Positions 10,177-19,870 of a DNA stretch of 64,000 nucleotides are shown here, in pieces. Below the pieces are notes generated by a model. The model worked only from the letters and a program-made list of their open reading frames with translations, ran no database searches and was not told the DNA's origin. The stretch is taken from NCBI GenBank assembly GCA_019058445.1, contig JAHPZA010000003.1, positions 548,919 to 612,918 of the forward strand, written 5' to 3'. This DNA is from Promethearchaeota archaeon. Its GTDB lineage: Archaea; Asgardarchaeota; Lokiarchaeia; Sigyniarchaeales; SOKP01. Position numbers and translations under genes: made by a program. Position 1 is the stretch's first letter. The number at the start of each line of letters is the position of its first letter.

Positions 10177-11547
10177 ATGGTCGAAAATTTAAAAGTTGTA
10201 AGAGAAAGAAACTTTAAATCCATATGGCGTCTATATTTTATGCTAGCTTATTGCCTAGGGATTTTACCTGTAAATATTGAAAACCTATTGATCTATCTAC
10301 CAGGAGCTACTCCATCTGGGATAGGATTGGCAGCAGCTAGTCGTTTAGCCGTTGGAATCGTTAGTGTTTTGGTCTTTGGATATTTTGGAGAAAAATTAGC
10401 TGAAAAATTTTCAAGAAGAAAAATTTTCCTATGCACAAATTTAGTATGGATTATTTCATATGGGCTGATTTCTATTTCAATAGACTTCAATTTCTATTTT
10501 ATTTTAGTAGTAATATCTGCCATTGGTGCCGGAGCTTTTGTACCGATTGGATTCTCAATTTTAGCAGACTCATTTGAACCAAAAGAAAGGGGAAGTAAGT
10601 ATGGTCTTATGTCATTTGGTATGATTATTGGTGGTGGAGCTGGAATTATATTTGGGGGTTTATTAGGAAATTATGCTGGACCTCTAGGTTGGCGACTTGC
10701 CTATGCCTTGGGAGGTATAATAGGAATTCTAGCCCTAATTAGTTATTATAATTCTGCAATAGATCCGGAGAGGGGTCGTATAGAACCAGAATTTAAAGAT
10801 TTTGAAGGTTCAATTAATTATAACTATAAAATCACTTATCATCAAGTTACTCAATTATTAAAGAAGAAATCAATATTAGGGTTATTTCTATATGTGTTAT
10901 GTGCTGGTATTGCAAATACTACTTTAGGTATCTGGGCTATTTTCTATATATCTACTAAAATTAATGATATCAATGCGGGATTATATGCCACTACTATTTA
11001 TATATTCGCAGGAATAGGTGCAATTCCGGGAACCATATTGGGGGGAAAATTTGGTGATTCCTTATATCATTCTGGAAAATTACGAGGGCGCGTCATAATC
11101 TCATCTATTGGTATAATAGTGGGGACATTATGTTTCTTAGGATTTTATTTAATCCCTTTTAAAATGGATACCCCTTTAGAAATCGCATTATCTTGGATAT
11201 TTTTTATAACAATTGGTTTTTTTGGATTTTTTCTTACGTCTCTCTGTAATGGAAATATCTTTGCAATATATTCAGAAGTTTGTGTTCCCGAGGCGAGAAG
11301 TACTGCCAATTCCTTGAACGGTTTGATGTCAAATTTAGGCGGAATTATTGGAAATTTACTTCTCTCAGCCTTGATCATTAACGATTTAGGGGTACTTCCT
11401 TTTGCAATAAGCTTGTTATTATATATTTGGTTATTATCATCAGTTCTATGGATTATCCCTTATATTTATTATCCGAAAGAATATAAAGAATGCCGAGAAT
11501 TAATGTCAAAAAGAAGATTTGAGATGGAGAATAATAAAAAATATTAA
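10177..11547 (+). CDS. MFS transporter
   Basis: About 12 TM segments; ILADSFEPKERG, GWRLAY, VPEARSTANS; related to the 50703-52124 transporter. Confidence 0.85.
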   Translation: MVENLKVVRERNFKSIWRLYFMLAYCLGILPVNIENLLIYLPGATPSGIGLAAASRLAVGIVSVLVFGYFGEKLAEKFSRRKIFLCTNLVWIISYGLISISIDFNFYFILVVISAIGAGAFVPIGFSILADSFEPKERGSKYGLMSFGMIIGGGAGIIFGGLLGNYAGPLGWRLAYALGGIIGILALISYYNSAIDPERGRIEPEFKDFEGSINYNYKITYHQVTQLLKKKSILGLFLYVLCAGIANTTLGIWAIFYISTKINDINAGLYATTIYIFAGIGAIPGTILGGKFGDSLYHSGKLRGRVIISSIGIIVGTLCFLGFYLIPFKMDTPLEIALSWIFFITIGFFGFFLTSLCNGNIFAIYSEVCVPEARSTANSLNGLMSNLGGIIGNLLLSALIINDLGVLPFAISLLLYIWLLSSVLWIIPYIYYPKEYKECRELMSKRRFEMENNKKY

Positions 11548-12329
11548 TCTCCTTTATATTTACCTTGACGTTTCCTAAAAAAGGCTCTCACACCCTCTGC
11601 AAAATCTTTTGATCCTAATGTTAAGAGCAATTGATCCATATCCATATGCATGATGGCTCGATCTAGTGCGGAGCTAATATGATTTATGCTTTTTTTAATC
11701 ATTTGCGCTGGAATCGGTGGCATTGCTGCGTATTGTTTCGCGATTTCAATTGCCCGGTTGATTAATTGATCTTTAGGGACCACCTCACTCAAAAAACCCC
11801 ATTTTAAAAGAGTGCTTGCATCATTATTTTTACCTAAAATTACCATTTCTTTTGCATATGTTGGCCCAATTAAATGGACAACTGAGGGAAGTGAATTCCA
11901 ACTTAAGCTCATCCCCAATCTACTCTCTGGAAAGCCCGCATAACAATTTTCCTCTCCTATTCGAAAATCTAAAGCTAAAGCAATACATGCCCCTCCTCCA
12001 AAAGCGCCCCCATTTATGGCAGCGATTGTAATTTGCTCGATCTCTTGAAGTTTGTGAAACATACGTGGACCGATTTGCCTATCTCTTTGGCTTCCTAGTA
12101 AGGTTGTTTGAGGTTGATGCTCAGTCAAATCTACTCCTGCACAAAAGTGTTTACCTTCTCCTGTGAAAATTATCACGCGGGTTTCTAAATCCTCATGAAA
12201 TTCTTCAGTTACACGTTCAATTTCCCTCATTAATGCAGAATTAAGAGTGTTAAGATTCTCAGGACGATTTAACCTCACAATAGCTATATGGTCCTCCCGT
12301 TTTTCTATGATAAGATGTTCATATTTCAT
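11544..12329 (-). CDS. Enoyl-CoA hydratase/isomerase (crotonase) family protein
   Basis: LNRPENLN, FCAGVDL, IAAINGGAFGGG, GFPESRLG. Confidence 0.92.
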   Translation of the reverse strand: MKYEHLIIEKREDHIAIVRLNRPENLNTLNSALMREIERVTEEFHEDLETRVIIFTGEGKHFCAGVDLTEHQPQTTLLGSQRDRQIGPRMFHKLQEIEQITIAAINGGAFGGGACIALALDFRIGEENCYAGFPESRLGMSLSWNSLPSVVHLIGPTYAKEMVILGKNNDASTLLKWGFLSEVVPKDQLINRAIEIAKQYAAMPPIPAQMIKKSINHISSALDRAIMHMDMDQLLLTLGSKDFAEGVRAFFRKRQGKYKGD

Positions 12330-12486
12330 GTTTATTTCTCTTAATACAATTCTAAATTTTGAAATATAGAATATTCTCTACTATTTAAATCGCTAAGTTA
12401 TCAATTACTTAAGATTTTTTAGAATAAAATAAAAAAAAGAGGAAGTTAAAACTATTAAATCATCAATAGCTTAGATAATATCTTAT

Positions 12487-13176
12487 TTATTCTCCAGCAA
12501 TCATTTCTATAATAATCATAAAGATTCTTATAATTACGTTTATCATATCTAAAAAGATATCTATCACTGCGATCATCCAATATCCCTCTTCAATAGTATT
12601 GGGCAGCCTGCTTCCATCCCAGAGAATTACTGCGAAAAACCAAATCAATACAAGAATACTGGTAATTAATATATACGGATTATATCCAAAAATTAATATT
12701 AAAGACAATTCTATTCCAAAAAGCAAAATTCCAAACAAAACTAAAGGATAAATAAGCTTATGACTGATTTTTCCTCTAAAAAGTAAACCTAGAATCAATA
12801 ATCCAACCGTGACCCCAATTCCTATAAAGAACGCAGCAAAGAAAATACCCAATACCAAATCTATTCGGATTATCGTAGAAGCATAAATTAGCAATGTCGA
12901 ACTCAGTAATCCTGAGGTGATGCTGGCCCCAAAAAATGAAATCATTGAAAAAAGATTTTGCCTCTTAAAGGCAAGAATAATTGTTAAAATCCAAAAAAAT
13001 AAATAAAGTACTACAGAAATAATGATCACTGTAAATGTTAACGAAATGGCTGAAGCACCTAAGAAGCCACTAAATAATAGTGTAAAAACTGTCCATAGAA
13101 TAATACCTACTGTAAGTACCGGTAATGTCTTATACCAAAAATCATTTCCTAAAATTCTTTGACTCAAGATAATCAA
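12487..13176 (-). CDS. Bax inhibitor-1/YccA-like 7-TM membrane protein
   Basis: About 7 TM helices; C-terminal ILWDGSRL...IAVIDIFLDMINVIIRI fits the BI-1 di-aspartate pattern. Confidence 0.7.
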   Translation of the reverse strand: MIILSQRILGNDFWYKTLPVLTVGIILWTVFTLLFSGFLGASAISLTFTVIIISVVLYLFFWILTIILAFKRQNLFSMISFFGASITSGLLSSTLLIYASTIIRIDLVLGIFFAAFFIGIGVTVGLLILGLLFRGKISHKLIYPLVLFGILLFGIELSLILIFGYNPYILITSILVLIWFFAVILWDGSRLPNTIEEGYWMIAVIDIFLDMINVIIRIFMIIIEMIAGE

Positions 13177-13322
13177 CCAACTAAATTTTTATTTCGTTGA
13201 AATTCAATATTATGAAATATATGTAATTTTAGATATATAAATTTACAATTCGCAAGAAAAATTAAAAATTATAATAAATTTGCTTATTAAAATTACTTTA
13301 ATTTCTATAATAATCAAGAATT

Positions 13323-14141
13323 ATGAACAAACTCAAATTACCTAATGGAGAAGATATATTTTATATTGATGAGTTAACTGCGTTATATGTATATAATGAA
13401 ATTTTTGTTGAAAATGAATATTTAAGAAACGGTATAGCTGTTAAAGATGGGGATATTATCTTTGATGTGGGGGCTAATATCGGGCTTTTTACTCGATTTA
13501 TTGCCAACCAAGCCCAAAACTTGAAAATCCTTACTTTTGAACCCATTAATACTATTTTTGAGGTCCTAGAAGCCAATCTTGCAGGTCTCCCTCATGAGAT
13601 CAAAGATTATAACATTGGTTTGTCAGATAAGAACGAGAGTATTGAGTTTTTTTACTATCCTAAGGTAAGTGCAGATTCGACTGCCATTCCCTTCGATTGG
13701 GATTTGAAAGTGAATCAATATGTTAAAAACTATAAGGAAGCAGTATGTAAGGACATACCAATTGCCCGAATTGTGCCAAAATTTTTGCGAAAGCGCGTAG
13801 TGCGAGCAGGACTTAAAAAAATTTATGAAAGTGAAAAGGTATTATGTCAACTAAGACCACTAAATGAAATTATAAAAGAAAATAATTTAGAGCGAATTGA
13901 TTTGTTAAAAGTTGATGCAGAAAACTATGAACGACACGTTCTAGCGGGCATATCTGATAATGACTGGGATATCATTAGTCATATATCAATGGAAGTTCAT
14001 GAGCATATAAAGGGTGGGGAAAACTTGTTAAGTGAAATCATTGAATTATTAGAAAGTAAAGAATTTGAAGTTACTACAGGAGAAGAAAACCTTAGTACTA
14101 GATTAGGTGTTTATATGGTATATGCCATAAAAAAAAATTAA
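13323..14141 (+). CDS. FkbM family SAM-dependent methyltransferase
   Basis: YNEIF, IFDVGANIGLF, FEP, IDLLKVDAENYE, MEVH. Confidence 0.9.
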   Translation: MNKLKLPNGEDIFYIDELTALYVYNEIFVENEYLRNGIAVKDGDIIFDVGANIGLFTRFIANQAQNLKILTFEPINTIFEVLEANLAGLPHEIKDYNIGLSDKNESIEFFYYPKVSADSTAIPFDWDLKVNQYVKNYKEAVCKDIPIARIVPKFLRKRVVRAGLKKIYESEKVLCQLRPLNEIIKENNLERIDLLKVDAENYERHVLAGISDNDWDIISHISMEVHEHIKGGENLLSEIIELLESKEFEVTTGEENLSTRLGVYMVYAIKKN

Positions 14142-14190
14142 GTAATTAGGGAAAAAAATGAAAAAAATTGTTAAAATTCATAGTGGACAT

Positions 14191-15279
14191 TCATTTAACT
14201 AAATTTTCTTCCAGCATTTTTTTATTAACTTCTACTCCTAAACCTGGTTTATCTATTGCTGAAACCCAACCCTTTTCTGCTTTTATTGGTTCTTCAAGCA
14301 ATTGATATTCATCAGGAATAAATGGGAATTCGCACCAATCGCACCTTGTTGACATGACAAGGTGGAGGTTCGCAGCTAAAATATGGCCAAAGCCAAATAT
14401 ATGGGGTATGCAACGTACACCTTTCACTTCAGCCATTGCATCAATCTTTTTTAATTGTAAATATCCACCGCTTCTAGTTACATCGGGTTGGATAATATCA
14501 AAACTCTCTGTTGATAAAATATCCTCAAAGCGAAACATACCAAAATCATTTTCACCGCCAGCTATCTCAACCGGTGATTTTTCTCGAATCTTTGCAAGAC
14601 CTTTGAGATTATCTGTGGAAATGGGTTCTTCCAACCATGCAACTCTGTATTTATCGCAAATATTTGCGACTTTAAGAGCCTCACTAACGGAAGTATATCC
14701 TGAATTTGCGTCCACCATGATATCTATATCAGGAAATGCATCTCTCACGTTTTTTATTATTTCTTCGTCTTTTTTGGGACCATTTCCGATTCGAAGTTTA
14801 ACGGCCTCGAAACCACCTAGTTCGGGTTCTAATGCCGCTTGTACTGCTCCAACAGCCGCTTTTGCAGAATATCCTCTGGGCATTGATGCATATGCTTTAA
14901 TTTTGTTTTTCCTTCCTCCTATAAGTTTATAGATAGGTTGTTTCGTAGCTTTTCCAATAATATCCCAACATGCTATCATAATCGCAGACGTTGATTGGGG
15001 AATACCAAACAAAATGCGATTGGTATTTTGGTATAGTTCTTGGAAAATTTCTTCAATCATGAAGGGATCTTTTTTTATTACTAGTCTTTTTATAGCTTCA
15101 TCAATAAATTGTTTTTGTGCTAAATTACTTAAATTCCAGTGGGATAATGCCCAGCCATCTATGCCCTCATCAGTAATAATATTAGTATATAATCCGGTTG
15201 CTTTAAACCTCGGCATTGAACCGATTTTAATTTTAAAATCAAGCTCTAATAAATATGTCTTAACATCGGTTATTATCAT
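14191..15279 (-). CDS. Mandelate racemase/muconate-lactonizing enzyme (enolase superfamily)
   Basis: WDIIGKATKQPIYKLIGG, KLRIG, MVDAN, WLEEP, AGGEN, IIQPDVTRSGG, PGLGVE. Confidence 0.92.
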   Translation of the reverse strand: MIITDVKTYLLELDFKIKIGSMPRFKATGLYTNIITDEGIDGWALSHWNLSNLAQKQFIDEAIKRLVIKKDPFMIEEIFQELYQNTNRILFGIPQSTSAIMIACWDIIGKATKQPIYKLIGGRKNKIKAYASMPRGYSAKAAVGAVQAALEPELGGFEAVKLRIGNGPKKDEEIIKNVRDAFPDIDIMVDANSGYTSVSEALKVANICDKYRVAWLEEPISTDNLKGLAKIREKSPVEIAGGENDFGMFRFEDILSTESFDIIQPDVTRSGGYLQLKKIDAMAEVKGVRCIPHIFGFGHILAANLHLVMSTRCDWCEFPFIPDEYQLLEEPIKAEKGWVSAIDKPGLGVEVNKKMLEENLVK

Positions 15280-15399
15280 CGTAGTTCATTTTAAGATATT
15301 TTTATTATTAATTATGATTTTATAGTTAAACTTTTAGAATAAGGATTATTAATTTTTTTGTTCCTATTAAAATCAAATTACTATGTGATATGGTACCCA

Positions 15400-16434
15400 T
15401 TGGTCGACCTTAATAACTCTAAACACTCAGAAGAGAAACATATAGAAGAAGTTGTTATAGTTTATGTGTTGTATTTTGATGAGGCAAGAGGACATATACC
15501 ACTTTTGATTTATCCAGATGATAAATATAAAGATGACAAAAAATATATGCGACCAGTTAAATATCATAGTATCTGGTTTTTATCTTCTGATGACCTATCT
15601 GCTTTAGATCACATAGATTTAGAATATAAGGGTTTTACTTATTTTGGAAAGAAAATCTTCACAAAATCAAAACGCAAAAAAAGAAGAGCGGGGCTTGAAG
15701 AGGAAACTCCTGAGACCATTGTAATTATTGTCTCCTTGCCAAATGACATTGAAATCTTTGGGGACGGGCTCATCCGAAAATTAACTGAGGAAATTCAAGA
15801 AAAGTATGATGAGCAGTTATATAAGATTATTGAATGTGAAATTGCTAAAGAGCAGGTAATTAAAACCGAAAAAATAAAGAGTTGTATTCAAGAGGGAACT
15901 ATAATAAAAGAAGAATTAAGATCGTTAATTTCCAAACTAATTAATGATTATTTTGCCTCAGTGGTAAAGCAAAAAGATAGCACCTCAATTAAACAGCAAA
16001 AAGCCATCTCGTTTCTTTCCCTTATAGGGCATGATGTGTCCCATATTATAAGTGGTGTCAGTGATTTTTCATTTTCGAATATTAAGTTATTCGATCCCTC
16101 AAAGTCTGAATCTGATAAAGGTGAGTTGACCCTTAAAGTCCCTCTTTCAATTTCGAGTATTCATATGATCGAAGATAGTAAAGAAATTGAAATCATCGTA
16201 GAAAATAAAACTGACAAGGAATTCAAGAATGTAAGAGTAAAAATCACGCATGTAAAAGAATTTTTTGAAAAAGAAATAATGGATCAATTCATTGATATTT
16301 GGTTTCCACGAGAAGAACTTTTATTTATATCTCCTATTTTACCACAAATAAATGAATACCTCTTTTTTATTATTGATGATAAAAATAAAGATAGATTACT
16401 CTCAAAAAGGATAGATATAAATTTATTAACTTAA
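15400..16434 (+). CDS. Hypothetical protein with a uDENN/longin-like N-terminus and a beta-rich (Ig-like) C-terminal domain
   Basis: VLYFDEARGHIPLLIYP resembles the uDENN 'FD...G......YP' start; the C-terminal ~90 aa alternate like beta strands (IEIIVENKTDKEFKNVRVKIT). Start uncertain (TTG 15400 vs 15358). Confidence 0.6.
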   Translation: MVDLNNSKHSEEKHIEEVVIVYVLYFDEARGHIPLLIYPDDKYKDDKKYMRPVKYHSIWFLSSDDLSALDHIDLEYKGFTYFGKKIFTKSKRKKRRAGLEEETPETIVIIVSLPNDIEIFGDGLIRKLTEEIQEKYDEQLYKIIECEIAKEQVIKTEKIKSCIQEGTIIKEELRSLISKLINDYFASVVKQKDSTSIKQQKAISFLSLIGHDVSHIISGVSDFSFSNIKLFDPSKSESDKGELTLKVPLSISSIHMIEDSKEIEIIVENKTDKEFKNVRVKITHVKEFFEKEIMDQFIDIWFPREELLFISPILPQINEYLFFIIDDKNKDRLLSKRIDINLLT

Positions 16435-16460
16435 ATAAAAATAAAGTAAGGGAAAAAAAT

Positions 16461-16958
16461 ATGGAAGAACAAGACGAGGAATATGTTGACAAACATGATA
16501 TTATAATCAGAAATTACAGAACTTCTGATTATCAAGCAACATTAGAAATTTTAAGGCAACTCCATAATACATATGATATAGGTTTAAATGAACAAAGATG
16601 GAAAGAATCGTCAGGTCTCCGACAGTTTAAACCAAATCTAAAAAGAATAACACTCATAGCAGAATATAAACCTAATGGCGAGGTTGTTGGAATGGGCATG
16701 CTTGAGGCTGTAAAAAATAATTTAGGTCAATATATTGGTTATTTAGATAATTGGGCTACGAAACGGGAATATATAGGCAAACGAGTAGGCGAAATTCTTG
16801 CAAAACGAGCAATATACATTTTAAAATCATGGGGTTGTGAGTCTGTACGCATTAATATCGGCTATAATGCTGATAAAAAATTAATAAATGTTATTGGAAA
16901 AGTAGGTTTCAATCCAATACTAATTGTACTTGAGAAGAAAATAACTGAAGAAGACTAA
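16461..16958 (+). CDS. GNAT family N-acetyltransferase
   Basis: IIIRNYR, GYLDNWATKREYIGKRVGEIL, KVGF; starts 26 nt after the upstream gene. Confidence 0.75.
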   Translation: MEEQDEEYVDKHDIIIRNYRTSDYQATLEILRQLHNTYDIGLNEQRWKESSGLRQFKPNLKRITLIAEYKPNGEVVGMGMLEAVKNNLGQYIGYLDNWATKREYIGKRVGEILAKRAIYILKSWGCESVRINIGYNADKKLINVIGKVGFNPILIVLEKKITEED

Positions 16959-17183
16959 TCATTATTATCTTTTTTTATAATTTTTAACTATTTTTTGTAT
17001 TTAAATCTCACTTCTAAAAGATTTCGTAAACCAATTAACAATTATCAATTGAAATTTAATAACTTTCGAAATTTTGTTGTCATTTAAATCAAAAGAAATA
17101 TTTTTATCATTTAACATTTCGATTTAATACAATTAAAAATTTTAAATAAAAAATTAAACGTAATCAATAAAAGGTGAAAAATT

Positions 17184-18623
17184 ATAATCGGTATTAAGTC
17201 TTGGGGCGCTTACCTTCCCCGCTATCTATTGCCAAGAGATTTAATCAGTAAAGCATGGGATTTCCCAGCGGTGCCTGGCACTAAAGCAGTTGCCAGTGCT
17301 GATGAAGACTCTATTACAATGGCGGTAGAAGCTGGCTTAGATTGTTTGGTTGGGATTGATCCCAAGAGTATTGATGGTTTATACTATGCTACCACTACAC
17401 AAGTCTACACTGAAAAAGATTCAGCATCACTGATTGCCACTGTACTAGATATGAGGGAGGATATAATAACTACAGATTTTACAGATTCTCTGAAAGCAGG
17501 AACAACTGCTGTATGTAGAGCTGTAGATACAATAAAAGCAAATAAAGATATTAAAAGTATCCTCATACTTGCAGCAGACACGAGAAAACCAGAGCCCTCT
17601 ACGATGTGGGAATTTGGATTTGCTGACGGAGCTGCAGCACTTCTTGTTGCTGAGGGAGACGTCTTACCTGTCTCAATAGAGGATTATTACTCCATTTCTG
17701 CAAATTCGACTGGTCCGTGGAAAAGGACTGAGAAAGACTCATTTATAAGAACTTTTGAGGTAAAAGTGGATGCCCGAATCTATTCCGAAAATATAACTAA
17801 AGTCATGTCTGAACTATTAAAAAGAAATAATTTACAACCAGGAGATATCGGAGCCGCTGCTTATTACTATAATAATCCAAGATTACATGGTAGAATTGCG
17901 AAAATGATGAAATTTGCTGGGGGAGTTGCTCAAAATAGTGTGTTCTTCCAGTTGGGAGACCTTGGAACTCCTATGTCTTTTATTCTTCTAATCTCAGCAT
18001 TGCGAAGACCAAAGCCTGATGCAAAAGTGATTCTAGCAGGATTTGGAGATGGCGCGGATGCAATCTTACTTCAAGTTCGTGATAGAGCCATGTTAAAAGA
18101 TGTGAATAAAAACAGAATGGGTGTTTCAGCACATCAAAAATCAATGATTACCCTCAATAATTATGATTGGTATCTTGAAAATAAAGAACTTCTCGAAAAA
18201 GATAGATATTCTAGAAAAAGCTCAGCCGTTATCCATTGGCGAGAGGCCCCATCTCTTTATAAAATGTACGGAATTAAATGTACAAATTGTGGAACAATCC
18301 AATATCCCCAACAATTCCGATCTTGCTATAAATGCCGTGCAGATGACCAATTTGAGCCAGTAAAACTATCATTAAAAGGCACAATCTTTACGTATACTTT
18401 AGATCATTTAGTCGGTGGAAACTATTATGACACACCTGTACCTCGTTGTGTCATTGATCTTGATGGAGGTGGACGGATTCTCTTAAATATGACGGAAATT
18501 GAAAAACCACAAGAAAATGTACAAATTGGTATGCGCGTAGAATTGGTTTTCAGAAAACAACATGAAAGTGCCGATTTTGTCAATTATTATTGGAGTTGTA
18601 GACCAGAAAGAGGTAGAAAATAA
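17184..18623 (+). CDS. HMG-CoA-synthase-fold (non-catalytic) domain fused to a DUF35 Zn-ribbon/OB-fold domain; thiolase partner
   Basis: DEDSITMAVEA, ADTRKPEP, FADGAAA, GFGDGADA; C-terminal CTNCG..QYP...CYKC, GTIFTYT, IGMRVELVFRK. The conserved N-terminus IGIKSWGAYLPRY lies upstream of the TTG at 17229, so the start is probably ATA 17184 or ATT 17181. Confidence 0.85.
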   Translation: MIGIKSWGAYLPRYLLPRDLISKAWDFPAVPGTKAVASADEDSITMAVEAGLDCLVGIDPKSIDGLYYATTTQVYTEKDSASLIATVLDMREDIITTDFTDSLKAGTTAVCRAVDTIKANKDIKSILILAADTRKPEPSTMWEFGFADGAAALLVAEGDVLPVSIEDYYSISANSTGPWKRTEKDSFIRTFEVKVDARIYSENITKVMSELLKRNNLQPGDIGAAAYYYNNPRLHGRIAKMMKFAGGVAQNSVFFQLGDLGTPMSFILLISALRRPKPDAKVILAGFGDGADAILLQVRDRAMLKDVNKNRMGVSAHQKSMITLNNYDWYLENKELLEKDRYSRKSSAVIHWREAPSLYKMYGIKCTNCGTIQYPQQFRSCYKCRADDQFEPVKLSLKGTIFTYTLDHLVGGNYYDTPVPRCVIDLDGGGRILLNMTEIEKPQENVQIGMRVELVFRKQHESADFVNYYWSCRPERGRK

Positions 18624-18624
18624 A

Positions 18625-18629
18625 GGAGG
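18625..18629 (+). promoter_or_regulatory. Shine-Dalgarno (GGAGG) of the thiolase gene
   Basis: GGAGG 7 nt upstream of ATG 18637, immediately after the stop of the upstream gene. Confidence 0.7.
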
Positions 18630-18636
18630 GATAAAA

Positions 18637-19824
18637 ATGGTTAAAAAAGGTATTGCAAATCAAGTTGCCATTATTGGTTGTGATATGACCAAATATGGTG
18701 AATTATGGGATAAAAGTCAATATGATCTGCTCTTCGAAGCTGTTCAAGGTGCTACGAAAGACGCCGGAATCGTTAAAGATGACATTGATGCTGCCTGGTG
18801 TGGTATATTTTATTATTTTACAGGCATGTCAGGGGCAACTGTTGAAGATATGCTAAGATTAGATGGGAAACCAGTTACAAGAACAGAAAATTACTGTGCA
18901 TCGGGAATGGACGCGTTTCGTAATGCTTGTTTTGGTGTTGCAAGTGGAGCATATGATGTAGTACTTGCTTGCGGTGTTGAGAAATTAATGGATGAGGGAA
19001 GCTCTGGATTACCGGGTTTTAAGATTTTTGGACATCCAGTCTTACCTATTCCTTCGGCCCCAGCGATGTTTTCCATGGCCGCAACAAGGAGCTTTCATGA
19101 ATATGGGTGGAATAAGGAGGATTTAGCAAGAGTAGCGGTTAAAAACCATGACAATGGTTCTTACCATCCTAAAGCTCATTTTCGAAGCAAAATCACCATT
19201 GATCAAGCACTAAGAGCTCCTATGATTGCTGACCCACTTGGAAGATTTGACTGTTGTGCTATGAGCGATGGATCAGCAGCTCTCATATTAACAAGAGTGG
19301 AAGATGCTCCCAGCTATGCTCACGGTGATGATTATATCGTTGTAAAAGCAAATGCGATTTCATGCTATACAAATACTCCTTGGTATGTTCCACAAGGTGC
19401 CGTAGGTTGTGATTTTACCCACTTTCCTGCGACAGAAAAGGCAGCTGCAGCGGCTTATAAAGAAGCAGGTATTACAGACCCAAGAAAGGAAATTGATTTA
19501 GCAGAAGTTCATGATTGTTTTACTATCACTGAATTACTAAATTGCCAAGATTTACAATTTTGCGACCGAGGTCAAGCAGCTGAGGAATTAAAGAACGGAA
19601 CTTTTAATTGGGATGGAGAAACAGCTGTAAATCCCTCCGGAGGATTAAAATCTTTTGGTCATCCCATCGGTAGTACTGGCTGTAGAATGTTAACTGAAGT
19701 TACTAAACATCTCCAGAATCGAGCCGAGGGTAGACAAGTTCCTGATGCAAAAATCGGTTTAGGTCATAATCTGGGTGGAGCATTTAGTGTGTGCAGTGTA
19801 AGTATTTTAGGACAAGCTAAATAA
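18637..19824 (+). CDS. Thiolase, SCP2/archaeal type (acetyl-CoA C-acyltransferase)
   Basis: ENYCASG, VKNH, DCCAMSDG, EVHDCF, NPSGGLKSFGHPIGSTG, HNLGG; ATG 18637 has an SD. Confidence 0.93.
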   Translation: MVKKGIANQVAIIGCDMTKYGELWDKSQYDLLFEAVQGATKDAGIVKDDIDAAWCGIFYYFTGMSGATVEDMLRLDGKPVTRTENYCASGMDAFRNACFGVASGAYDVVLACGVEKLMDEGSSGLPGFKIFGHPVLPIPSAPAMFSMAATRSFHEYGWNKEDLARVAVKNHDNGSYHPKAHFRSKITIDQALRAPMIADPLGRFDCCAMSDGSAALILTRVEDAPSYAHGDDYIVVKANAISCYTNTPWYVPQGAVGCDFTHFPATEKAAAAAYKEAGITDPRKEIDLAEVHDCFTITELLNCQDLQFCDRGQAAEELKNGTFNWDGETAVNPSGGLKSFGHPIGSTGCRMLTEVTKHLQNRAEGRQVPDAKIGLGHNLGGAFSVCSVSILGQAK

Positions 19825-19838
19825 TCTTAATTCTTAAC

Positions 19839-19870
19839 TCTTTTTTTCTTTTTTTTGTTTATCTTTTTTA
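19839..19870 (+). terminator. Oligo-T archaeal terminator after the thiolase operon
   Basis: Several T runs of 6-8 nt just downstream of the stop at 19824. Confidence 0.55.
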
